Source of the DNA: Felis catus
Lineage: Eukaryota
Direction: 5' to 3'
NCBI RefSeq assembly: GCF_018350175.1
Contig: NC_058368.1
Coordinates: forward strand, 205,532,001-205,596,000
DNA length: 64,000 nucleotides
Shown: positions 51,802-64,000 of the stretch, in pieces
Numbering within the stretch: the stretch's first letter is position 1
Layout of the letters: every line of letters starts with the position of its first letter
Notes under the pieces: model-generated
Database searches by the model: none
The model's input: only the letters and a program-made list of their open reading frames with translations
Told to the model about the DNA's origin: nothing
Made by a program: the position numbers and the translations under genes

Positions 51802-53853
51802 TGTTTCAATTAGGGTTTATTCAATGAAGCAAAACCACTAGGAGAAAAAAGGAATAAGACTTCCATAGGAATTAAAATTTATACAGTTAATGTGGGAGTT
51901 AATGTAGAATTTTCTGAAAAGACGTTACCTCTCTGTCTTGTGGTGGCCTAAAGTAGGCTAGCAGGGCAGGCGTTTGGGAAGAAAAGCTGAATGTGAAGCT
52001 GGGGAAAACAAGGACAACATGGAATTCAAGCAGATAAACTAGAACCCTTGTTTGCATTTCTCCTCCAACTTTGAGCACAAGTGTGTCCTGGAGAAGCCAA
52101 CATCCTTCACCCTGGAGTGACATACACACCTGATTCAGGACTTGGAGAAGCTGAAGGACAACATGGAACAAAACCTACAAAAGCTTCAGTCCTGGCCATT
52201 GATCATACCAATGAAAAGAACAGCTTTAAATCCAGATGACAGCCCTGCCTTAGTTTAAAGCTAAGTTCTCTTTTCTGCTTATTATAGATCTTTGATAAAA
52301 AATACAATTGCTGAGAAGTCTGTTTTACTTGCTGTTTGCTACGAGCGTTGTGAAACCTTTCCTGAATGTAACCCGCTATGTAATAGAGTAAGTTGTAAAA
52401 CTTCCTAAATGTAGTCTGGTATGTAATAGAATAAGTGATTGTACATGAACTAACCGGCATTTCTCGCTTCTGTAAACCTGCTTGCTTAACACATTCCTCC
52501 CCTACCCCCTTCCCCCTTCCCCCTTTTCCTCCCACCACAAGTAATGGACAAAGCCTTCCCGCCAAAGAACAAAGGACGCCCAATCAGAGAACAACAAATG
52601 TCCTTACTTTAAAACCAACTAATCAGGCCCCTCATAATTTGAAACCTCCCCTGTGCTATTTTTCTCTGTCTATAAAAACGCTGTACCAACCCTGATCGAG
52701 GCCTCTTAGCGTCACCGGCAACGAGTGAGCAGAGGTCCAGGTTCGAACCTGCAATAAACGACCCTTGCCGCTTGGCTTTGACTTACGACTCTGGTGGTCT
52801 TTTGTGGGAGGTTTCAGAACTTCGGGCATTACAAGGTTGTACTGATTTACTCCCGCAACAAAACCACATCTGGAACAACAGCTACAATTGGAGTCACCAT
52901 CTGATTAAGATAATCTGTTGTCTTTCTCCAAGATCTATCTGTTGTCTGCACAAGCCAAATAAGTTGAATGGCAATGTAGCGCAAATCACTATCACTGCAT
53001 CATTTGGTCACCCCATGCCTTACTTTCTATAAGCACTCAATTATAGGTGTCTAAGAGTGATCATTTGAATGACTGTTCTGCTGTTGCCTGCCATGTACCA
53101 TCAGTGTTCCCTTTTCCTCTGGAAAACACAACCATTAATGTCTTTAAGCGTAATCAAATCAAAAAACCATTTCCAGATTTGCCAGAACTAATTTAGAAAA
53201 CCCATCCTTATAGTTCTATTCTCCTAGAACTACTTCTGGTACCAATTTCTGTGTCAATTAGGGGAGCAGAACCATATTGAGTGATAAGGAATAAAGAATT
53301 TATTATAGGAATTAGAATGGGAACAATGGGGGAGCTGGTGAAGAATCCTATAGAAGACTGTTACCTCTGCATCTGGTAATGAGCGTGGAGTCACTGTAGG
53401 TCAGCAGAGTCAGTAAGTAATCAAGACCATCTGGACATTAAGCAGCAAAGAGAAAGGACAAACTGGCAACTATGAGGACAAAGTGGAATCTGCACCTGTC
53501 TCTTACCATTTCCAATCTGATAATATCATTGGCCTGCAGAAGAAGCTTACACCTGTCATTGTGGAGCTACAAATACATCTGGTCCAGGACTCAAAACTTA
53601 AGAGAGGAAATCCAGCAGCCCCTGGAGGCCTGGCCACTTCTCCACACTGTAATGTGAACCAGCAGATCAGTGACAACTTCACAAGCTACAACGTACCTCA
53701 TATTATACACGAGCTTTCAGAATGTAATGTCAGCTGCCTCACTTTCATTTTCCCAGCCTCACACAAATTTCTCTTGTTGCTAACCCAGAAGCATGCAGGG
53801 AAAGAAATTATGGGAAATATACTTCCAGTTTAGCTAAATAGAAACTTGACACA
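51802..53853 (-). mobile_element. Collapsed ERVL provirus remnant: 5' LTR 53250-53853, PBS/leader ~52834-53249, partial 3' LTR 51802-~52205
   Basis: reverse strand reads ...gacaca|gaaatTGGTACCAGAAGTAGttctaggagaatagaactataaggatg, matching the ERVL internal start as recalled; both LTRs start tgt(t/g)tcaattaggg on +. Confidence 0.7.
52205..52833 (+). mobile_element. Young CpG-rich ERV LTR (left end uncertain)
   Basis: CCAAT 52580, TATAAAA 52671, AATAAA 52753, terminal ...cgggcattaCA. Confidence 0.75.
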
Positions 53854-55559
53854 GATGGTCTGGAACCAGAGATCGTTGTTGAAGAAGGGAGACTCAAGGT
53901 GGTGAGACTAGTTAACATTTTAACCATTAGAATAAAAGTAATTGGAACATATAATTATTAGTAAATAAGAATATTAAAACTAGTGCATTCATAGAGAATA
54001 TATTATAAAGGAAATACCCAAAGGCTTGCTTGAGGAATGTGCAGAAAAAGGAGGAGCTAGGGAAAGTCTTCAATCTATTAATTAGACTGGAAGAATGATA
54101 TAACCGGAAACCAAAATGTGGAAGAAAGGAAGAGGGGACAATTATGAGATATTATATTTGCCAAGGTAGAGATGACCTCTAGGTATTTAAAAACATAGAA
54201 TTAAATAAAGTTGCAAGGTAAATAGCTCTGAGACGATTAATGTATTAATAACTTAAATTTTGTGACAAGTATATAAAACCATGATCTAACTTACAAGGAA
54301 CATACACAAGGAGATGGTGTATCTATCTTTGGATAAAGATATAGATGTGGACATATAGCTGAGTGTTAGATACCTCCTATATGTCCAATGACACTACCTT
54401 ATCCTGAGAGTTTCATTAACTTTGCTTTAAGCCCCTCTTCCCATCAAATGGAAATGCTGATGTACTCTCCAAGGTTTCCTCAAATTCCAGGGGGTTTACA
54501 TTCTCATGGTCAGCTCTTGCTGTAATTTCTTGTTCCTTCTGAGCTCTTCATTTCACTCATGCCTCATATTCACCTGCTGTTCTCTTCTGTTGGTACATTC
54601 ATGGAATACAGCTTGCTTTCCTTAATTTCCCCATATCTCCACCCACATAAGTAATTTTTGTGTGTAAAGATTAACCTTAAGTTCGGGATGACAGAGAAGA
54701 GATGTTTAGCAATATTGAATGGTCATCTGGCTATCCCTGCCCCCAGAAGTCTCTCTGTATGTGGTATTGCTGTGGAGGTCCCTCCAACCATTATGATGAT
54801 CAGCTCCTTCTTCCCTTCATTCCCCTCCCATCCCCATTTTTTGCTCTATCTTCAAATTCCTTTTTATTTTGGGTTTGTGGAACAGTTTGGTTCTCTCTTT
54901 ACCTATCTGTTTCCTTCCAGATTGTTATCTGGGGACCTCATGTTTTATTCCCAAACTAGTTGATCAAGGTATTTGACCAAGCAAAAAGCCATCTTCTCCC
55001 CTAAGGGTCAGTAGAGCCACTATAATCAATTATGGTTTAAATAGCAAATATAAGGTAATGCATAGGTAGGTAGGTAGACAGATAAGGAAAAAAGCCAGAA
55101 AGAAAGAGAGGAAGGGAAACAGGGAAAAAGAGCTGGTTATCTACTTATTCTTCTCACCTTTCCTCTCCTTCTTAAATATAGAATTTGTTGTTTCTTCCTT
55201 CCCGAAAATGTCAATACTGATAAACATAAATCATAAGCCTTTAAAAATAAACCAAATAAGGGAACTTGCCCTAAAAACAAGTCTGCAAGTTGCAGGTGAT
55301 TTACTTGAAATGGGTAAAGGTCCATTTCACCATTGCCCAGTCTACAGAAAGACACAAAATGTCATGAAAGAATTTAAGAGTGAAATTCAGTTCTCAGGTT
55401 AAATCCCTGGGTCTTGTATTTCAAAGCCTGGAAAGTAAACAAATTACTATAGGAAACAGCTTCTTTTAGGTGAACACTACTGAGGTTTGTAATGACAAAT
55501 ACAACATGTAGGTGTGGTGGGATGGAGGGAGTGGTTATCCTAGAATGGAATAAGTGTTA

Positions 55560-55745
55560 TTGAGCATTTTTTTCATATGTCTCTTAGCCATCTGGATGTC
55601 TTCTTTGGAAAAGTGTCTGCTCGTGTCTTCTGCCCATTTCTTCACTGGGTTATTTGGTTTTTGGGTGTTGGGTTTATTAAGTTCTTTGTAGATTTTGGAT
55701 ACTAACCCTTTATCTGATATGTCATTTGCAAATATCTTCTCCTAT
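55560..55745 (-). mobile_element. Internal L1 ORF2 fragment
   Basis: closely similar to 5765-5925 and 21930-22110. Confidence 0.85.
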
Positions 55746-55969
55746 TATATTTTATTTTTATTTTTGATTTGGTTATTTGTAGATTTAGATACTCAGACAC
55801 ATCCTTGAAAATCATTCAGTCCTAAATACAGTGTCTTGTCCTACCCTACCTACGACTTTTTTCTCTGTTACTTCCCACAGACTCCTATAGTAATTAAGGA
55901 GACACTTGTTTGCAGTCTATAGACACTCTATGCTTGCCCCTGTTTGGGTATAAATTATCATGCATTTTC

Positions 55970-56194
55970 TTTTTTTTTAAAAAATTTTTTTAACGTTTAT
56001 TTATTTTTGAGACAGAGAGAGACAGACCATGAACAGGGGAGGGGCAGAGAGAGAGGGAGACACAGAATCTGAAACAGGCTCCAGGCTCTGAGCGGTCAGC
56101 ACAGAGCCCGATGCGGGGCTCGAACTCACTGACCGTGAGATCATGATCTGAGCCGAAGTTGGACGCTTAACCGACCAAGCCACCCAGGCACCCC
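55970..56194 (-). mobile_element. Felid Can-SINE
   Basis: 14-bp TSD tatcatgcattttc at 55956 and 56195. Confidence 0.94.
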
Positions 56195-56251
56195 TATCAT
56201 GCATTTTCACTACCTCTCTTCCTTTTCACTTACCTGTAATCTACTCCAGAT

Positions 56252-56298
56252 TAAGACCCAGATACAGTCCCATCTAAGGCCCAGATACAGTCCCATCT
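56252..56298. repeat. 23-bp tandem duplication
   Basis: taag(a/g)cccagatacagtcccatc x2. Confidence 0.85.
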
Positions 56299-58965
56299 CT
56301 TTCAAGTAGCCTGCTCAGTTTAATACAAAGCAGTCCACTAGTCTCATTACTGAATTCCTACAGTATTTTCAATTAGTCTCACACAGAAAATAATTTTTCC
56401 CTAGGCCTTGTTTTTCTTTTAGAGACCCCCAACACAATCAGGGTCCATAATGTGGTGATCAATCTTAATTAATTGGTCAATAGACTGATAACAGAATGAT
56501 TAGCTTCTGAGACAATTTGACCATTCTCCAATATAGACTGAAGTTTAGCTTTGGACAACATTAAAGCAGTGGAATTTTCCAGTGAAATTCCATTTTTAAC
56601 CAGTGTTTTTTTCAAGGAGTGACAGTTAAATTTTTAGATAGGAAGGATTCTAGAGAAATAAACAGAGAGCTATGCAAACTGTGAAATTCCACAAGTGTGT
56701 TGACATCTCTGTGCTTGGTAGAATGGGCCCTGATTAGACTTATTACCACCATTGTTCTGGAAAGTAACAGTTCTCCCTGTAGCATTGAAAACGGAAGAGG
56801 GGAGGTACAGGAAGCATGATATAATGAAACAGTTCAAATGGAGGCTAAGGGATATAGTAAGTTCCCCTTCTGGTTTTGTCCACAACTTACCTGCTCTGTG
56901 ACCATTAGCATGTGCCCAAATCTTGGAAGCCTGTTTTCCTCTTCTCTTAATAAAAACAGAGACATCCACTATCCTCTAAAAGCAAGCTCCCTATACACAA
57001 TAGAAGATGCCTTTGACAATGGACTAGAAAGCCTCTCAGACTCTTAACAGTGGTCATTCCAAACAAAACAAAAGACAATCTAGGGTCAGGGAGAAGGAAA
57101 TTAATTTAGTAGCATGAGTAAGTATAAAATTAATCTTTAAAATTACAGATTCAGAATTATAAAATATAGATGCTCCTACAGTTTCTACAAAAACTAGTTT
57201 ACAATTATATAGTGCTACATTTTTTTCTTTTCCAAGTGAGTCTTGAGAAAGCTTTTTACATTAGAGAGAGAGCAAAGCCTTGGCAGTGAGGAGAAATTCA
57301 AAGCTAGAAGTGTGTAATGGCTTGGATGCAAATCTCACTAGATTTGACTGCCATTTTCAGGTTTTGATACTTAATGGGGACCTGAATGTAATTATGCAAT
57401 TTTTGTGTGTCTATATTCCCATGTATTAAGTGGGAAAAATATTTTATGAAAGATTTAAAAGATTACAAAGTCAAATGTCTACAGGGACCAGAGAGTTAAA
57501 GGAAATGGATAAAATGAGCTATAGTAATAGGGTAATGAGTAAGTAATAGGGAGTGATGGGGAGTGTAGCACATTAGAGAGATCAGGCCCAGCTTAAACAA
57601 GCTAACTGGCATTAGGCAAGCCAATTTCTTGGCACAATAATATAATGTCATTTGCTTTTTCAACTATATTTGATATGTGGATCTTTAGATTTGGGGTATT
57701 TAATTTAAAATTGTTGATCATTGTGCAGATCAAACAAAGCCTGTCTGTGGGTCACTATGTGAACTCTAACCTTAGAGTATACCATCAAAAGAGAACGTTA
57801 AGAGAAGATCATACCTGATTCTGTCTTCAGTTCCTCATTTTAAACCATAGAAACCAAACTTCAAGAGACCACCTGGCCAGTAAACATTTTATGTTTTCAA
57901 CAAATATGCCAAACATTATGCTAGAAACTGGAAACATTCAGTGAACAGGACAGACACAGTCTCTAATATCATGGAACTGTTCAGCTAGACCAAGGAACCT
58001 GCATCCCAGATAGTCAAGACCCTCAACAGCCAACTTGATTCCTTCCAAATCCATCCCCACCTCCCACAGTACAGAACCTGATGTTGTTACAGGCTGCATG
58101 AGGCACTCTTGGTCACTGGAGTGTTCAGATAATCAGAAATACCTGCAAAGGAAATTAAGCTGTGTTGCTGCCTCTTTCTTCACTACTTTATCAAGAAAGA
58201 TATGAGTAAATGATAGAAAAAATGTATTGAAATAATTGAAAAAGTTTTTGTTTTTTGGTTTTTTTTTGTTTTTTTTTTTAGTACTTGATCGAAATGGCAT
58301 TCATAATTTTAGCTTACATGATAATTTCCTAATGTGATATGGCTTTGATGTTTTAAGTAAATCTTTGGGAAATGAAAATTCTTTTGGAAATAAGGATTGT
58401 GTTAGCATTGTTGAGTAGTTGATGAGAGAGCAGAACAACTAACACCATACTGGTACTCATATGGTCTTGATCCCTTTCCACTTAAATTAACTTTTGCTCA
58501 TGCTGTTCTCTCTCTTCCTCTCTGGAATGTCTTTCTACGTGTTTAAATCCTGCCTATCCTTCAAGGTCTAGCTCAATGGTGTCTCTTCAGTAAAGTGGGT
58601 TATCTCTTTCTCTGCTAAATCCTCATTCATGTTTATTTCTTATTCCAGTAACGTAATGAGTTTCTTAAAGGCATAGATAAATAAGTGATTTTTTTTTTTG
58701 CCTCAAATTATTGAGTACTTTCTCCTGTTGTTTAGAATAATTGTATAATCTTAAATTTTGTGTTCACTTATAAATCTGTTCTGCTGGAGTTCTTCTAGGG
58801 AAATGACATAAATACAATAAAAATTATGTTAAGTCCCCTATAGCACTATTAAGGGCATACACAATATCCCCCTCTCATAGGTTGGAATAAAAACAAAATC
58901 TGTTTGGAGTGGGGAAATAGAAAGGGCCAGGAGAGGAAATCACTGTTTCAGATATATGGGAAAAA

Positions 58966-58987
58966 TGTTTGTTTGTTTAATGTTTGT

Positions 58988-59030
<43 letters not shown>

Positions 59031-59186
59031 GAAACACACAGAAAGAGAGACAGAGAGAGAATCCCAAGCAGGCTCAGTGCTGTCAGCACAGGGCCCAACA
59101 CAGGACTCAAGCCCATGAACCATGAGATCATGACCTTAGCTGAAATCAAGAGTTGGTTGCTCAACCTACTGAGCCACCCAGGCACC
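58966..59186 (-). mobile_element. Can-SINE with (TTTA)n tail
   Basis: SINE body; TSD ~gggaaaaa. Confidence 0.88.
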
Positions 59187-60136
59187 AGGGAAAAAAAATT
59201 TTTGTATGTGGTAGGGTAGAGAAAATTAAATAATAATTTAATATTAAATATGAATTAAATATTAGTTACTTCGGTTTAGGCAATTCAGGACATAAGCCAT
59301 TTACTCTTTTTGTTGCAGAAGGATCTTCCTTTTGCTTCTCAGCGCTTTTATGTCATTATTCCATCTTCTCTTGTAAAAATTTGCAGAACTAAGTTTGTAT
59401 TAGGGTCCTATTCTAGGTAAGCAGAATATTTGGAGAAAGAGAGAAACTACTGCACTATTCATACCTACTTATGTCACAATACACCCATTCCTTCATAACA
59501 GCAGAGCAAGTATTGCATGAAGAAAGGACAGAAAACAGAGCACGAAGGGTGGGGAAGGGAACTTTTGGAAAGAAGCTGTTGGAGTAACAAAACATCATAG
59601 GACATATAAGCACTATATAATTTGTGAAACACAGCTCATGGCCCTATTTCTCCTAGAAAATGTAAAAATTAGATTTTTCAAAAATAGGCAAAACTAAGGT
59701 CAAAGAAAAATTATGAGCACGATCTTGCAGAGAAACCTGGACTAGTTCTGAGGTTAAATTAATACAAGGGAGGAGATGGCCAGTATCAATATGTAACTTC
59801 ACAGGTATGTGACAGAATAAAAGACTAATATAAGACCAAAAAATGAGGAACTTCTAGCAGCTGAGAGAACTATGGCTATTCATTTGAAGGGATATTTGGG
59901 GTTCCCTGGGAAACTTTGACCATGAAGTTCTGTTGGAGTCGGAAAGAGAACTAGGCTTAAAGACAGAGCCAATGGACAGGCCTGGGGAATATGGGGGATC
60001 TGGCACCTAGACACAGCTGCAGACACAACACACTTTTTCAGGAGAGCTCTAGAATAGAGCTAGATTTTCTAGAGGCACTGAGCTTTATTTGAAAGATTGT
60101 TTGCCTGATGATCCCTCAGGAACCTTGCATTCTTAT

Positions 60137-60270
60137 CTGAGCCAAAATCAGGAGTTGGATGCCAACCAACTGAGCCACTCAGGCACCCATCTTTTTCATT
60201 TCTAAAATGTTGAAATACACAGAGGAGTGTATAAAACACATGTAATGACTTTTAAGAATGCTTATAAATC
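60137..60270. repeat. 134-bp direct copy of 61304-61437
   Basis: 132/134 identical by eye. Confidence 0.93.
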
Positions 60271-61149
60271 CTGTGTACCTGTGATCACAGATGAATCTCT
60301 GTTCCCTATGAAAACTGGCTAATGACCTAAATCCAACCTCCATTTTGAATAAAGCATTTGTAGAAAGAAATGGATTTTGGTCTCTCTCCTAGACTCTTCC
60401 TCTACCCCCATTTTCATATTCCTCACCTCTGGATTGGCTAAATGTACTCTGGTGTAATAATTATTTCCATTTAGTAGGCATCTGTTATGCATCAGATATT
60501 GGTGGGAGATATCCTACTTACCTTATTTCATATTTTTTTCATCAATCCTACAAACTTGAAGAAGCAGAGGCTCAGAAAAGTTCATGGAATTGCTCAAGAC
60601 TGGTTAGTAAATGGCAAAGATAGAATTTGACCCCAGACATGTTTAGTTCCAAAGCCTGTCATAAGCTTGAGAAAGGAGTAGGAGTTCATATACCCTAAAT
60701 AATTAAAACTATCACCTTAGCTGGCTAATCCTCAGCTGTACCAATAACAAGTCACAAATAGTGGTCAGGCAGCTGGTTTCTAAACACTGCATGGGAGTTT
60801 CAAATGAAATACTGTTGTTATGCAGATTGCCTGGCTTAGGAACAAAAAGCAAACAAAATCCAAAGCTTTAGCAACGACTTTGAAGATAAAAAGCTTTTAA
60901 AAAGGGGCACATGATTGTTTAAAAATGCTATTGAATGAGTTTCTAAGGATGGTCATTGTTATTTTTTAAAAGAAAAACTTTGTGTTCTTTTAAGAAGCAT
61001 GAGACTGATAGCAATTTCAAGAGGGTTGATAGGAGTCTGGTTCCACTAACTTTCCCAAAATGTGAGCAGCAATGTCATAGGAAGCCCAGGTTAAGAGCTC
61101 TCCTAGAAAAGGCTGTTCATTTGTTTGTTCATTTACTCATTGAATATTC

Positions 61150-61355
61150 TTTTACATTTTTAAATTATTTTTAAATTTTTATTCATTTACTTTGAGAGAG
61201 AGAGAGAGGACAGAGGAGGAGCAGAGAGAATCCCAAGCAGGTTCCTCACTGTCAGTGCAAAGCTTGATGTGGGGCTCAAACTCATAAACCGTGAGATCAT
61301 GACCTGAGCCAAAATCAGGAGTTGGATGCCAACCAACTGAGCTGCTCAGGCACCC
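61150..61355 (-). mobile_element. Can-SINE
   Basis: gagagaatcccaagcagg...ctcaggcaccc. Confidence 0.88.
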
Positions 61356-61519
61356 ATCTTTTTCATTTCTAAAATGTTGAAATACACAGAGGAGTGTATA
61401 AAACACATGTAATGACTTTTAAGAATGCTTATAAATCAAGGACCCAAGTAATACAAGGAATATAACATTACCAGTTCATGCCCTCTGAGTGTCTTGTCCC
61501 ATCATGTTTCACTGAAAAG

Positions 61520-62240
61520 GTACCTTTTGAGTAATGACCCATAGGAGGTGAAGGAGAGAGCTACGTATTTCTAAGGCAAGAGCATTCTAGGCAGAGGGAG
61601 AGAACCTTTAAAGGCTCTGAGGCAGCAGCAACTCTAGTGTGTTCAAGGACAGTGGGAGTCCAGTTGCACTGGAATAAAGAGTGAGAAAGAGCATCATGAA
61701 ATAAAGCCAGAGACAAAGTGGGGAGCTCAATTATGTGGCGCCCGATCATGTGAGCCTTGCAGGTCTATTGGGACTTTGTGTTTTATTCTGACTGATATAG
61801 GAGCAATTGGAGAGTTTTGAGCAGAGAAGCGTCATCAACTGATTTACATTTTATTTTTTATTTTTATTATTATTTTTTTCAACATTTATTTATTTTGGGG
61901 ACAGAGAGAGACAGAGCATGAACGGGGGAGGGGCAGAGAGAGAGGGAGACACAGAATCGGAAACAGGCTCCAGGCTCTGAGCCATCAGCCCAGAGCCTGA
62001 CGCAGGGCTCGAACTCACGGACCGCGAGATCGTGACCTGGCTGAAGTCGGACGCTTAACCGACTGCGCCACCCAGGCGCCCCTGATTTACATTTTAAACC
62101 AATCAGTCTGGCTGAGGGAAGAAGCAGAAAGACATTTTAGAAAGCTTATCGCAACAATCCAAGCAAAAGATGATGTTGGTTTAGCTTAGGGTGGTGGCGA
62201 TGGAAGTGGCGAGAAGTGTCAAAGTATCTATGTAGTCTGA
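61520..62240 (-). mobile_element. L2 fragment (SINE inserted)
   Basis: gcattctaggcagaggga...aaaggctctgagg; ttggagagttttgagcagag. Confidence 0.65.
61854..62081 (-). mobile_element. Young felid Can-SINE
   Basis: 15-bp TSD ctgatttacatttta at 61839 and 62082. Confidence 0.95.
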
Positions 62241-62279
62241 ACAGGATGTGCTTACATTTCTATTATCACTTACATATGC

Positions 62280-63028
62280 TTAAATATGTTCACTTCTGTG
62301 TGCTTACACTTCTCAGTTTCTATGCTTTCTATGCCTTCTTGCATCATAGATATGTGATCACTTTCCTTCTTCCTTGAGAGTTTCCTTCTGTGAAAGTCTG
62401 TTGGCAAACATTTTTTTTCTTCTTTTCTGAAAATAAACTAATTTCTCCCTTATCTTGGTTGTCAAGCATTTTCTCTGCATGTTGAAGATATCATTCCACT
62501 CTCCTATAGCTTCCATGGTCTCTGGTAGTCAAAATGTGCCTCCTTTGATGGTATTCATCTTTTTCTCTCTGACCTTGAATCTCTCAGTGGTCTTTGTTGT
62601 TGGGCAGTGTCTCTGTGGTATGACTAGATATGAATTTCTTTGTATTTATTATCCTGCCTGGGATTCCTTAAGATTCCAATATCCATGAATCAGTGTCCTT
62701 TTTCGGTTGTAGAAAACGCCAGCCATTATCTCTTCAAATCTTGCCCCAGTCTCTTCCTTTTTGTCCTCTTTCTGCACCTCTAGTTATATGTAGGTTACAC
62801 TTCCTACTTCATCTTCTCTGCCCCATATTTGCTCGTTCATACTCTGCCTCTCTTTTGTGTGTGCTACATATTGAAATGTTTTGTTTGACCTCTTTTCCAG
62901 TTTACAGTGACTTTGTTCACATGTATCTAATCTGCTGATAAATCCATTTATTAAATTGTTTATTGCAATAATTAGATTTATCATTTCTGAAGGTGCTCTC
63001 TCATTGTTGTTCAAATCTCTTACATCAT
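62280..63028 (-). mobile_element. Ancient L1 ORF1/5'-region fragment
   Basis: T-rich; cagccattatctcttcaaat, tatctaatctgctgataaatccatt; reverse peptide NGFISRLDTCE. Confidence 0.65.
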
Positions 63029-63787
63029 ATTTTATTTTATTTTATTTTATTTTATTTTATTTTATTTTATTTTATTTTATTTTTTTAGATGATTTGAATG
63101 TTTAATGGCATCAAACTATGAGAACGGGTTGTATTCTTCAGTCACAATAGAAATGCCCTTGACTGTCTGCAAAACTCCATAACTTTAGACCCCTTCTGTC
63201 TTGGACTGGGCTTGGCTAGGCATACCTCATGGTTTCTTCTATGACTCATTTTTCCCGTGTTCCCACCTCACTAATAGATGCTTGCTTCCTCAGACTTATT
63301 TAATGCATATTAATACTATGTAAGTAGCACTTTATATACTGTTTCATGAAGCCTAGGATCTCTCTCTTCTCATCCAGTTTGTGCTGGCTTTTATGGTTTG
63401 ACTCTTAGAGATCTATCATATTTCCCTACTTATCTATCCATGGGCAGAGGTAGGTGAACAGGGCAGAGGGTGCATCATAGCCCCCTCTTACAAATAACAG
63501 TTACAGTAAATTTGAACTCTTCCCTTGCCCTGTTCAACATAGGAACATTTCTAGGTTGTCAATGGCCATATCAAAAAGCCATACCTGGAATTAAACACAA
63601 TATTTCTGGTATGGTTTGATGGACTTGCAGAAACTACAATCTGTCCACTCATTTTTCTCAGGCATTATATTCTAGTAACATACCCTAGGATAGAATTTGT
63701 TTTCTCAGCAGCAAAATTGTGTTGTTGATTTATCTTGAGCTTCAAATGAACTCTCTTAAATTATCTTTTATTTATGCTTATAACTTG

Positions 63788-64000
63788 TTTTATTTTTTAT
63801 TTTTTTAGATTTACATCCAAATTAGTTAGCATATAGTGCAACAGTGATTTCAGGAGTAGATTCCTTAGTGCCCCTTACCCATTTAGCCCATCCCTCCTCT
63901 CACCACCCCTCCAGTAACCTTTAGTTTGTTCTCCATATTTATGAGTCTCTTGTATTTTGTCCCCCTCCCTGTTTTTATATGATTTTTGTTTCCCTTCCCT
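63788..64000 (-). mobile_element. Young felid L1 3' end (continues beyond the window)
   Basis: T-rich tail then atttacatccaaattagttagcatatagtgcaac, near-identical to 21192 onward. Confidence 0.93.

Overview
Mammalian genomic DNA, almost certainly from a felid, judging by the Can-SINE/SINEC_Fc-type tRNA SINEs and cat-type L1 3' ends. The first ~36 kb carries the 3' end of OXCT1 (succinyl-CoA:3-oxoacid CoA transferase 1, SCOT) on the + strand. Four GT-AG coding exons of 90, 81, 102 and 42 bp (exons 14-17 by recalled human numbering) are followed by a long 3' UTR. The remainder is intergenic and dense in repeats: SINEs, L1s, ERV1-like, ERVL and MaLR LTRs, and MIR/L2 fossils. The other listed ORFs are either L1 ORF2 fragments or appear spurious. 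I see no CRISPR array, RNA gene or novel multi-gene system. The most interesting structures are (i) an inverted SINE pair inside the inferred OXCT1 3' UTR with poly(A) signals in the loop, (ii) a probable L1 3' transduction at the right edge, (iii) a 134-bp local templated duplication, and (iv) a collapsed ERVL provirus fused to a young, promoter-intact LTR. Repeat family names are assigned from memory and need RepeatMasker/Dfam confirmation.
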